From a bacterium (GTDB lineage Bacteria; SAR324; NAC60-12): a stretch of DNA of 19,302 nt. The notes beneath the pieces are model-generated. The model made no database searches. It was not told where the DNA came from and worked only from the letters and a program-made list of their open reading frames with translations. Positions 1 through 10,107 of this stretch are shown one piece after another. Position 1 is the stretch's first letter, and every line of letters begins with the position of its first letter. Location of the stretch: the NCBI GenBank assembly GCA_965233585.1, contig CBDDTI010000663.1:1-19302 (forward strand). The letters are read 5' to 3'. The position numbers were made by a program, and so were the translations under genes.

Positions 1-610
1 TGTAGTGTGCTTTAATGTAGAAATAATGATTTGTAAATAGTGCAAAAAAAATTAACATACAGGTGTCTTCCTGGATCATTCCAAGCATTTTTATTTAGGT
101 GTTACAAGTCTTCTACTCATGGGATTAATGAGAAAATTAGACCAGTACTTGAAAATAGATTGAAGTTTGATATACAAACTAATTCTTAAGGCAATCGACG
201 TTTCCATGAAAAAGGCACACAAAATTGAAAACATGCATTTTGCGCTGACAAGATGTGATATGCTAGGTAACTGGTAGGCCTCCGGTCAATACCAATGTCT
301 TGAGCTATAATGGTATACAGCAAGTAGAATACACAAAAATAATATTATGTTTGCTTCACTTCGAGTAAATCATAAAAAAATTGAAGTTATACATTTGTTT
401 TTGGATAATAACTATAGAAAATGGACTGCCAGTTGAAAACTGTTTTCATTTGATGAATTTGCTTCAAAGTACTTAAATTATGTTATATTTTGAAGCCAAG
501 AAGGTTTTGTTGGCTTTCTTTTTTCAGTCGTAAATTCTAACCAAAATAACCCGCAAGAAACAAAACAAACGTAAAAGAGAAATAACTTTTGAATCATCCA
601 AGGCTATTGT

Positions 611-957
611 TGAGCCACTTTTCATTCGACTGTCTTGTGTTTTGATTCATCAAGCGACACGATTGGCTTAAAAACTTGCGCCACTTTTTCATGCAATCAG
701 AAGTACCAAACTTAATCGAAACTTAATCACGACTCGCTCACACACGTTTTCCCGCCCTTCGCGTCAGCTTCCTTTTTACTACATACACTTCGAGTTTTAA
801 TACACTTCATTCTGGACGCCTTGTTCACTTCTTCTCTGATTACCACAGTCAATCTTACTCTTACGCAATGCCACATACGTTCAGATTATGGTCACACAAT
901 TTCTGGTCATGATGACACTGGTTTCGGTTAAACATCACGAAGTTGAAAACTGCTCTA
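611..957. mobile_element. Degenerate MITE-like interspersed repeat
   Basis: Right end TTGAAAACTGCTCTA with a degenerate complementary left end (TGAGCCACTTTTCATT). The internal sequence (GATTGGCTTAAAAAC...CACACGTTTTCCCGC...ACTTCGAGTTTT) resembles a common coral MITE as I recall it; not verified. Confidence 0.45.
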
Positions 958-1064
958 AAATACGCCGCTTATAGAAAGTTACCAGTTACATGTAAGCACT
1001 TGTGTTCTTGTCTAAGAGAAGCATCCCAACTGAGAGATTTGGCTGTTGACTCCTGCAAGAAACA

Positions 1065-1518
1065 TGTTGACAATTTCCGTTTATATAATAAGTCAAATTT
1101 TCGCATTTCCATTGGTTCTTACTTATAATCTATTAAGGGAACAGACGCATAAATGACGTCATTAACGTTTTTTTTGGTTTCTTCATTAAAAAAAAATAAA
1201 AAAAACAGATAGAGTCCATGTTGCCGTGCGACTGCATAGTAATAGATTACAGAGGACGTCAAAATACCGAGGTGTGATCTTTTGCATGATCATGGCGTAG
1301 CATAGGTATTGTTTCTATTGTTTGATTTGTTTGGTATCAAGCCATTCATGAGAGATTGATAGCTAAGCACTACACGACCCTACAAATGTGGAAATAACAT
1401 CAGTGACGCACTCACCTAAAAGATCATGTGCCACTTTTTTTGTTCTTACGACATTTTGATACCATCTATGATTTATTTCTGAACAGACGCACGGCAACAT
1501 GGAATCTACTTGTTAAAT
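1065..1518 (+). mobile_element. Non-autonomous element with a long 3' imperfect hairpin (Helitron/Helentron-like), interrupted by an insertion
   Basis: Arms ACAGATAGAGTCCATGTTGCCGTGCG (~1205-1230) and CGCACGGCAACATGGAATCTACTTGT (~1488-1513) are reverse complements, and imperfect pairing continues inward. Left boundary approximate. Confidence 0.55.
1266..1383. mobile_element. 118-bp insertion inside the hairpin arm, possibly a retroelement fragment
   Basis: Flanked by AAAT (1262-1265 and 1384-1387). Removing it restores GACGTCAAAATGTGG, which pairs with the right arm (CGACATTTTGATA). Confidence 0.45.
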
Positions 1519-1863
1519 AAAAAACCATGACAGAACCAAACAGAGCACAACTGCCTGACTACTTAACTAATGGCTGATAGTGTACGATGGCTTGGCCAAT
1601 CAGATTTGCTTTTGCATTAAGATGCATGTGGTAAAGAATTCTAGTAATAAAACCTGGTCATTGCCGAAGCGAAACGACAATTTGAGAAGAAACGCTGTAT
1701 TATTTGACATAACACATATTTTTTTAGACGATGTAAGAGCTCTGAAATTAAAATGCATCATAACCATAACCAAGTGCGTAACCAAGTAAAATAAACTATG
1801 GCTGTGTATGTGTCTGTGTCTGCATCTGTGTAAACATCTACGTGTGCATCTAGTACTAATGTC

Positions 1864-2171
<308 letters not shown>

Positions 2172-2173
2172 AA

Positions 2174-2460
<287 letters not shown>

Positions 2461-2619
2461 TAGTCTATATAGTTATTGTAGTAAGTTACAATAACTTCAT
2501 CAAACTTAGCCTTCACATCAAACAGGTCTGACTGTGCACTATCCAGAGCTAATAAATTAAAAGACCAATTTAAAATAAAAACGATGAGAAGTCAAAGACT
2601 ACTGCAAGGCTGACACAAC

Positions 2620-2681
2620 GTGATATATTTAAAACAATATTTCGGCTGGCCAGACCAGCCTTCTTCAGGTTTAGATGTCAC
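2620..2681 (-). ncRNA. Minimal type I hammerhead ribozyme (PLE-type), copy 1
   Basis: Reverse complement of 4479-4540; CUGAAGA core, GGCUGG/CCAGCC helix II, GAAA. Confidence 0.7.
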
Positions 2682-2820
2682 TAACTTATAAAAATGAAAT
2701 TACAATATTATATAGTGGTGAATGTCGTAATACATATTTCGAAATCAAAAGGAGTGGCGGAAATGGCGAACAAAACAAATAGAATAAAGAAAAAAAGGGG
2801 GCTTTCTAAGGTTACAAGTT

Positions 2821-3126
2821 TTACGATTCATCACGTCTATTCATACCGTGAGGTTCCAATGTTCTCTCTAAATCTATTAAAAAGGACTCTCTGGCTTTTC
2901 TTATTGAATCTCGTGACGAGTGGATTATTTCAAGTGGGATTAGTTGCATGTCAGTATGGCAATGATTAGGATGAGAAAGAAAATGTTCGGCAACAGTGGT
3001 GGGTTTGGATTGAATGTTAGTTTTGTCGACTGAGCGTCTATGTTCGTTGAATCTGTCTTTGAGACGTCGCTTAGTCTCGCCTATGTATTGTAAATGGCAG
3101 CGGTTACACTGCATCATGTAAATTAA
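2821..3126 (-). pseudogene. C-terminal GIY-YIG endonuclease domain of a PLE ORF (5'-truncated)
   Basis: LIYMMQCNRCHLQYIGETKRRLKDRFNEH...VAEHF...RKARESFLI...TLEPHGMN matches PLE GIY-YIG motifs: (L/V)IY, CxxC, YIGET, R..EH, RE, P.G.N. Confidence 0.9.
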
Positions 3127-3218
3127 CACTTAGAAGTTTAAGTATTTAAACTGTGGTTAATGAGCTCTGCGGTCTACATCATAGCTGTCATCTAAAGTTG
3201 TCACCAGTTCTCTTATCC

Positions 3219-3381
3219 TTCCCCTATTAGCCATTGTGCAATAGCCTTAGGTCAATGTCCAATGTAACATAATCGTTTACCATATGGTCAATATTGTTCC
3301 CCTTTTAGCTATTGTGCAATAGCCTTAGGTCAATGTCCATTGTAACATAATCGTTTACCATATGTTACCATATGGTCAATC
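3219..3381 (+). repeat. ~78-bp tandem duplication
   Basis: Two copies of TTAGC(C/T)ATTGTGCAATAGCCTTAGGTCAATGTCCA(A/T)TGTAACATAATCGTTTACCATATG; the second has an extra TTACCATATG. Confidence 0.9.
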
Positions 3382-3960
3382 ATACGACAAAGCTCCCAGT
3401 GATTTTCCAACATGCTCTCATGTGATTTCAGCATGCTATACCCCTCCCAACTCCTCCATTTTCTGTTAGTTATCCCATTGTCTTCCGACCCTGTCTCAGT
3501 TGTGAGCTATTATTCAAGATAGGCTGTTGTACTTTTCCCCTCCCCCCCCTCCCTGTAACGTACTGGTAGCTTTGGCGTAACGGAGGCTTTGCCTGGCAAA
3601 CCTTATCCGTTTAGTTACTGCTATTTTCCTATTTCCTATATTGTGTGTAAACCATAGCTTCTTAGTCAATAAAAGTTTTTGGTGGCAGGGAAGTGCAACC
3701 TAGGCTGCACTTTGCCCCACAGTAAGTGCTATGACCACCCGTGGTAATAGGTCCGGATCTCTCCAGGATGGTGCCATCGTATCATCTGACCTATTGACCT
3801 CCCAGAAGGGCACCCCTCTTCTGGTCCATCCTATGTTACATCCTAACATAGGTTCCCCTAGAGACGCCGCTACTCTAGGGGAGATAGGCTCTGCCTTCCC
3901 TGCCACCCATGTTTCGCCACTACAATCAGTGTTCATTTGTTTCTCGCATCTACCCAGCAT

Positions 3961-3984
3961 GGGGGGGGGGGGGGGGGGGGGGGG
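3961..3984 (+). repeat. G24 homopolymer
   Basis: Directly visible. Confidence 0.95.
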
Positions 3985-4130
3985 TCTGCACTGTTGTTAC
4001 CCATAAGATTCCTTCGAGTGTGACCAAGCACCCAAGTTGTCATTGTTTGTACCGTTAGATCTGCCCCTCCCCCTGTGTGGGCGTGGCTTTAATACATTAA
4101 TTGGCAGTGCAGCAGTGTCTCATTAACAAA

Positions 4131-4680
4131 AATTTAATTTACATGATACAGTGTAACCGTACCGTACAGTGTAACATTTTCTTACTCATCCTAATCATTG
4201 CCATACTGACATGCAACTAATCCCACTTGAAATAATCCACTCGTCACGAGATTCAATAAGAAAAGCCAGAGAGTCCTTTTTAATAGATTTAGGGAGAACA
4301 TTGGAACCTCACGGTATGAATAGACGTGATGAATCGTAAAACTTGTAACCTTAGAAAGCCCCCTTTTTTTCTTTATTCTATTTGTTTTGTTCGTCATTTC
4401 CGCCACTCCTTTTGATTTCGAAATATGTATTACGATATTCACCACTATATAATATTGTAATTTCATTTTTATAAGTTAGTGACATCTAAACCTGAAGAAG
4501 GCTGGTCTGGCCAGCCGAAATATTGTTTTAAATATATCACGTTGTGTCAGCCTTGCAGTAGTCTTTGACTTCTCATCGTTTTTATTTTTCAAATTTGGCT
4601 GATTAGATCTCCATTGAGATCCAACGTTCAATCAAGCAGGATCTTCGTTCACGGCTTTGCAGTTTATCTAGTTTGTTATT
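4131..4680 (+). mobile_element. Penelope-like element, right arm with internal deletion and longer 3' end
   Basis: 4131-4160 encodes NLIYMIQCNR. It then jumps, via a short filler, to HFLTHPNHCHTDMQLIPLE... Identity with the left arm runs to 4588, then ~90 bp of extra sequence precede the candidate TSD. Confidence 0.8.
4479..4540 (+). ncRNA. Minimal type I hammerhead ribozyme (PLE-type), copy 2
   Basis: CTGAAGA (4492-4498), helix II GGCTGG-TCTGG-CCAGCC, GAAA (4517-4520), vestigial palindromic helix III (AATATT). Helix I is AAAC/GTTT plus GTGACAT/ATATCAC. Confidence 0.7.
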
Positions 4681-4805
4681 CAATTTAAAATATTTATTAC
4701 TGTAGCTATCATAAGAGACTAGACATTTGTGACTTGCAGTGCACGTGATGGACTACAGTCATGTAGCTCTTTGCGCACATTGGCTGCCCGTCACGTTAGC
4801 CAAAC

Positions 4806-4982
4806 AATAGCCAAGGCCATTTTTGAGGGACCTTTTGCCTTTGTTTCATTAGAATCCTTACGGAAAACTTTTCATTTAACATAATGAAAATGAATATGAT
4901 TTGGATTCAAATGAAATCTGCACATGAAACTCCCCACACAAGATTAGAACAGAGAGGACAATTGGTCGAGTGACCCTTAATT
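4806..4982. mobile_element. Highly degenerate MITE remnant
   Basis: GGCCATTT...GCCTTTGTTTCA...ATGAAAATGAATATGATTTG resembles a recalled coral MITE family; TIRs eroded. Confidence 0.3.
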
Positions 4983-5567
4983 GAGTTACTCAACAGAGCA
5001 CGAAGAGAGGGGGTGGGATGAGATAAGAAAAGAAAAGAAAGAGGCACTGTCGGCATCTGGTAAATTATAAGTGTTATATGTATGTGACAAAATGACACAA
5101 AGTAACTGTCAGCTTATGGATTAATGCCACTTCCAGGAGAAGTAAGAGGGGTAATGGCACAGTTCCTACAATATTTTTTCACTCTAGATCTGAAGCTTTT
5201 GGAACAGATGCGATCCTGAAATCTCAGATTCCTTTGCAGAGTGACTGATGAGGTCTCATAACTCTTTCTCAGACTCTAAAATGCCGGTCTAGCTCTCAAT
5301 AGACGTCAGAATTTCAAACAAGGCTGTCAGTGTCTTTCACTCTCTCTTTTCTGGTTTTTTTTTTTTTTTTTTCAATTTTGCCGTCGCAGCAGGCAATGGA
5401 TTTTGCCTTTTGTCATCACCTACAGTTGCAGTCAATAGCTGTTATTGGAGTTGAGCTTGCTGTCGAATAGGGTTAATGCAATGCAGAATTAACCCTTTCG
5501 CTTCGTTTGCATGTCAAACCGCTGATAACTGCGATAAGAGCTATTAGGACTAGTTTTGTCTTCTCAG

Positions 5568-5665
5568 CCCCAGGAAAAAAATCCCATCCCTACCCACTCC
5601 CTAGGACAAATATCGCCTCCCTACACCCTCCCTAGTACAAACATCACCTCTTTACCCCTGCCCTC
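5568..5665 (+). repeat. ~33-bp degenerate tandem repeat, about 3 copies
   Basis: CCCTAGGACAAATATCGCCTCCCTACACCCT / CCCTAGTACAAACATCACCTCTTTACCCCT, plus an upstream degenerate copy. Confidence 0.65.
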
Positions 5666-5701
5666 ACATTCTAAGAACTTTTAGTTAATTGCTAAATTAT
5701 T

Positions 5702-5745
5702 AATCAATCAATCAATCAATCATCTTTATTGGCCCACAAATGCAG
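5702..5745 (-). repeat. (GATT)n microsatellite after AATAAA, likely the 3' tail of a non-LTR retrotransposon
   Basis: Minus strand reads GGGCCAATAAAGATGATTGATTGATTGATTGATT, a layout typical of CR1/L2-type 3' ends. Confidence 0.5.
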
Positions 5746-7123
5746 CTTTACGAATCGCCTAATAAAAAGTACAGAAAAAAGATGGGAAGGAAACCACACT
5801 GTCCTCGTAAAATCATAAAAGTAAGCAGAATAAATTAATTTCCCTCGATCAAACTGAAATCCCTTAAATTCTTATACAGCGTGGCCTGAGCAGCTGATGG
5901 GATTTTGCGGAGCGCACAAAATAGCGCTTAACACTTTTTTGTTTGAGAACGACAATGCAGTGTTATCCTCTTTTAATAGTAATGTCCAGTTTTCTTTGAT
6001 TTCAAGACTTTCTTAGAAGTGACAAACACTGACTCGCCTCTAGTTGGCAGAATTTACCCTTTAAACAAAACTGTGAAAAGTGTTAGCCAATCGCTGTGAA
6101 TAATTCGCAGTATACACAGGAATATACACACAGAGGAAGATCTGGATGGGTTTACGTTAACTGGCAACTGACAAACGGCCAAAAAAATTACTGACTACTG
6201 ACAAAATCCTAAAATTGAACCTACAACTGACATTTGTAGTAAGATTTACTGACAATTGACAAATTGCTATTCGTTTGAAATTCATCGTTTCAGTTATTAC
6301 TAATTTAATCCTTTTTGTTTAATATTCATGCCGTTTAAATTGTTGCGGGCGACAAAAGGAGCCCGCAATCCTTATCTCAACGTTGCTTTTACACACGCAT
6401 GCGCGGCAGTTGTTTAGTTTGGTCCTGACTCGATTTTGCTGAAATCTTGAGTCTTCCACCACGAATGCAAAGAATGCTATTTTCTCACGTGCATCACGCG
6501 TAACATTTGGACCTTGGATCACGTGAAGGTCATGCATAGCAGCTGCGCTGACCAATCCAAATCAAGCATGTCAACTTGGATTCGACTTTTCTGTTCATGT
6601 TGTCGCGTTGCATGCCATTTCCCGGCCGCATTCCGTCTTTTGACTCGATCAACACGCATAGTACTTTATAATCTAGAGTGCTTTTATTTACACTGTGATA
6701 CAGCAGCAATTACAGCATATAACTTAATCTAAGGAAAGCAAACAATGGGATTAGTGTTTCGTGGAATGCTCTGGTGTTAATGTTTCACAGATTTTGTCAA
6801 ATCACTCTCTTGTTACCGTCAAAATGGAGGAAAAACAATTAAAACCTTGGGGGTAGCCTCCTACGCAGACATTCTTTGGGCTCGTCACGCAATCTTTCTC
6901 CCCCACGAACGTCTGCTGAAACGAATGGGCACATTCCTTACCCTTTGTTCAAAAAGATCAGCTAGAGAGCACGTGGAGATCACCGAAGAGCCAACCGACG
7001 CTTGGTTATTGTTCAATAGAAAGTCAATCATAAGCTGTGATAGAACAACCCCCAAGAGGGTGATTAATTTTCCCACGTTTCTTATTACTTATGGGAAACA
7101 GATTTCAAATCCTAGCTTCGTGT

Positions 7124-7430
7124 ATGGAAGAAACTCCGAAAAAAATCGTCGGAAACAATTGTTTTCTATGCAGTTTTCCGTTAACCCCTCAGGCGAGAAT
7201 AAGAGTGTTTGGCAAGAGTTCAGTGACATCGCACACTTAATTGAATGCGCTGTGGAAATAGACTTGAGTGTGTTTTCGTCCAGCAACCCGTTCGTCTGCA
7301 ATAGGTGCTACAAGCGGTTACTTCGGTTTGAAAAGCTAAACTTAATCTGTGATCCCTTCAGGAGGAGATAAAGGAAGACTTTAAGAAAGGAGCAAATAGA
7401 ACGAAACGGTTACGTCGAAATTCCGCAATG
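7124..7430 (+). pseudogene. Frameshifted CxxC...CxxC zinc-binding (zf-AD/ZAD-like) N-terminus of a transposon protein
   Basis: MEETPKKIVGNNCFLCSFPLTPQARIRVFGKSSV /frameshift/ DIAHLIECAVEIDLSVFSSSNPFVCNRCYKRLLRFEK /frameshift/ AKLNL*SLQEEIKEDFKKG. Confidence 0.6.
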
Positions 7431-7437
7431 ATGGTAG

Positions 7438-7988
7438 ATAAAATAGACAGGCCAAACACGACTCCTACGGTTCGTGCCATTGGTACATTTGCCGTTTATT
7501 TTTAGGTCTTTCGACCTTTTTGTCGCTTCACTATTGTTTATTAAGGGCATTTCGTATTGTGTAATTAGGAGAAAACTAGAGCCGTTAAATCGTGCTAAGG
7601 CATAGGTCTGCATGATTTCCGTTGTTATCTGCGTGTTGCTTCGTTGAGTTTGACACCTCTATAATTTGCCATGTGTTAGTGTATTGTCTTGGCTCATTTC
7701 TATTGCACGATTTGTTTTGCTTTTAAGGGACAAAATATGACATTTACTCTAAACGTGTTGCTTACTCGCATTCTACATTGACCTACATCGTGACGGGCCC
7801 GGCTATGATTAGAACTGTTTGCAAGTACAGTCGGTAGATTCTTATCACAAGTATCATATTTGTCCACGAACACGAAATGCCCTTCATAAACAAGAGTGAA
7901 GCGACACAGAGGTCCAAAGACCGAAAAATAAACGGCAAATGTACAAATGCCACGAACTGTAGGAGTCGTGTTTGGCCTGTCTTTTATT
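7438..7988. mobile_element. Nested long-inverted-repeat (MITE/foldback-like) element
   Basis: ~118-bp imperfect IR, 7438-7555 / 7872-7988 (GACAGGCCAAACACGACTCCTAC / GTAGGAGTCGTGTTTGGCCTGTC). No clear TSD. Confidence 0.65.
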
Positions 7989-8162
7989 CACAAACATCAG
8001 CTTGATAAATAAGCGCCTTCCCGTTCCCAGTCGGTAGATTAACGAAGACGTCCACCTTTTTCTTCACAAAATATTCCATAGCTTCTCGCTGAAAAGGATT
8101 CAAATCGACGATTTTGAAAGTCTCGCAAACCCGTTAGAAGGCCACGCAAATATCCCCTATTT

Positions 8163-9581
8163 TACGGTGGCTTGTTAGGGCCATCAAAAGTACTTTTTTT
8201 TTACTTCATTTATTCGATCGACACTTATAACTGTCGATCGACAGTTATAAGTGTCGATCGACAGTTATAAGTGTCGATCGCCACTTATAAGTGTCGATCG
8301 ACACTTATAAGTGTCGATCGACACTTATAACTGTCGATCGACACTTATAACTGTCGATCGACACTTATAACTGTCGATCGACACTTATAACTGTCGAAAC
8401 GTAGAACTGAGTACCGGGCTTCATCGGTGCAACGTGCAAAGATGGCGAAGCCTTAATGAGCGTAAAATCTGTGTTTCTAATATCATAAACATTTCAATCT
8501 GTTAAATTTACATCAAAGCGTTATAACATAAGTTGCTTTCTGCAGAATGAGCTGGAGGGAAGTACAATAGCTTGAGGATCTAACGCATGCGGGTCAATTT
8601 TGTATAGTAGCTCACAAACACTCGCTGTATTCAAATCAGCGATCCTAGTTGATCCGGCCAGACTAGCTCGTCGTCCGTTGTCCTTGCCGATCAACAACAC
8701 AGGTAGTCGATCGAAGGATCCGTGCCGGGGTGCTCTGCTCGTTGTTGAGCTTTCTTTCAACCTTTGAAACTATATACTGCTATGTTTCTATCTACATTTA
8801 ACAATTTGGAGAAATTGTTCGCCTCCACTAACAATATTCCCCAATTTGCTCTATTCTGGTTTAATTCACGATCACGTTCCTTTTACAATGCTCCTTTTTA
8901 AAAATATCCACCGCCTCGGGTTCGGTTACACAGATAATGATTTAAACAGATAAACAACGGAAAAGAACACTTGATGCACTAATGGAAAGCTATGAGGATA
9001 AATATTGATATAATTGTCACGCAACTCTTGTTGTGTATATTTCGCCGACAACAAATGGCAAGAAAATATGATAATACAAAACAGGGCGTAGAATCTGTTA
9101 TTTCATATTTATTAATCAAAGGACTAGTGAGCAGCACACACATACTCCAGGGAATATTTTTCTCTTGAAATAAGGAGAAACTATGCTCGCCCGGTGTTGT
9201 TGATCGGCAAGGACAACGGACGACGAGCTAGTCTGGCCGGATCAACTAGGATCGCTGATTTGATTAATACAGCGAGTGTTTGTGAGCTACTATACAAAAT
9301 TGACCCGCATGCGTTAGATCCTCAAGCTATTGCACTTCCCTCCAGCTCATTCTGCAGAAAGCAACTTATGTTATAACGCTTCGATGTAAATTTAACAGAT
9401 TGAAATGTTTATGATATTAGAAACACAGATTTTACGCTCATTAAGGCTTCGCCATCTTTGCACGTTGCACCGATGAAGCCCGGTACTCAGTTCTACGTTT
9501 CGACAGTTATAAGTGTCGATCATATAACTGTCGAAGTAAAAAAAAAAGAGGTACTTTTGATGGCCCTAACAAGCCACCGTA
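8163..9581. mobile_element. Non-autonomous IS3EU-like DNA transposon with long TIRs
   Basis: Ends TACGGTGGCTTGTTAGGGCCATCAAAAGTAC / GTACTTTTGATGGCCCTAACAAGCCACCGTA. Perfect 6-bp TSD CTATTT (8157-8162 / 9582-9587). TIRs extend over 8163-8700 / 9194-9581. TAYGG ends with a 6-bp TSD fit IS3EU. Confidence 0.8.
8214..8397. repeat. Nine-copy 20-bp palindromic tandem array
   Basis: Unit TCGATCGACA(C/G)TTATAA(C/G)TG; no unique spacers. Confidence 0.95.
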
Positions 9582-10107
9582 CTATTTAGTTTCTTACAAC
9601 TTCGCGCGCAAAAATTTACCAAGGTTCAAAGTTCGCTGCCTTGATCGCGCAGTGCGCTGTGATTGGTCTAATTAAACAACCCATTCGTTTCAGCAGACGT
9701 TCGTGGGGGAGGAAGATTGCGTGACGAACCCAAAGAATGTCTGCGTAGGAGGCTACCTTGAGGGGTGCTCATGGACGAACAAAATCACCCGACATTTCCC
9801 TATAGGCCTCCAAATCTTTTAGTCCTCAAATGAACAAAAAAAATCCTCGCCCGCATTTGCTAACCTTTGGTTATTACTGCTATTTAGACCAAAACCTTCA
9901 CACTGAGTTTTGTATTAAGTCTGTGAATATTGATGAAAACTAAGACACAAACAACAGTGATCAACATATTGAACTTGCACATTTTTTGATTAAGACTTGA
10001 CGTTTCGTATAATTGCTGCAGAGCGAGCGTAGCGAGCGAGCAGCAACATAAACGGGATTTAAGCCGGAAGAATATATAAAAGGGAGATGGAATTCTCAAA
10101 ATCATCA

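Larger units (their letters stand above)
2572..3126 (-). mobile_element. Penelope-like element, left (inverted) arm
   Basis: Contains the GIY-YIG coding tail, 3' UTR and hammerhead motif. 2572-2987 is the near-identical reverse complement of 4173-4588. Confidence 0.85.
3130..4133 (+). mobile_element. Non-coding inserted block, possibly the solo terminal-repeat remnant of a tyrosine-recombinase (Ngaro/DIRS-like) retroelement
   Basis: Sharp junctions with PLE sequence on both sides and no obvious TSD. Internal AATAAA (3668), C-rich and G24 tracts. The family assignment rests only on my recollection of the terminal sequences (TTAGAAGTTTAAGTATTTAAACT; GGCAGTGCAGCAGTGTCTCAT). Confidence 0.4.
6854..9755. 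mobile_element. Non-autonomous TIR DNA transposon, AcademH-like, with nested insertions
   Basis: ~75-bp TIRs beginning TAGCCTCCTACGCAGACATTCTTTGGG (6854-6929 / 9680-9755). 9-bp TSD CCTTGGGGG (6845-6853) / CCTTGAGGG (9756-9764). TAG..CTA ends with a 9-bp TSD fit AcademH. Confidence 0.75.

Noticed and set aside
99..188. Terminal exon of a plus-strand gene after TTTTATTTAG
   Set aside because: Two frames are equally plausible and no homology is recognisable.
2694..2969. 91-aa ORF and its twin at 4191-4466 as genes
   Set aside because: They are antisense to the GIY-YIG frame and duplicated only because of the inverted repeat.
3680..3690. LTR-retrotransposon primer-binding site (TGGTGGCAG)
   Set aside because: Not preceded by a CA LTR end, no second LTR, and better explained as one strand of the 13-bp stem.
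5245..5275. Hammerhead core CTGATGAG
   Set aside because: No helix II followed by GAAA. CTGATGAAG at ~11324 fails for the same reason.
5120..5340. Degraded minus-strand coding remnant
   Set aside because: Multiple stops and no motif that I can assign.
8214..8397. CRISPR array
   Set aside because: Contiguous units with no unique spacers, no cas genes, and a eukaryotic transposon context.
8521..8760. ORF pair 8521-8760 / 9194-9376
   Set aside because: Mirror images within the TIRs, with no recognisable domain.
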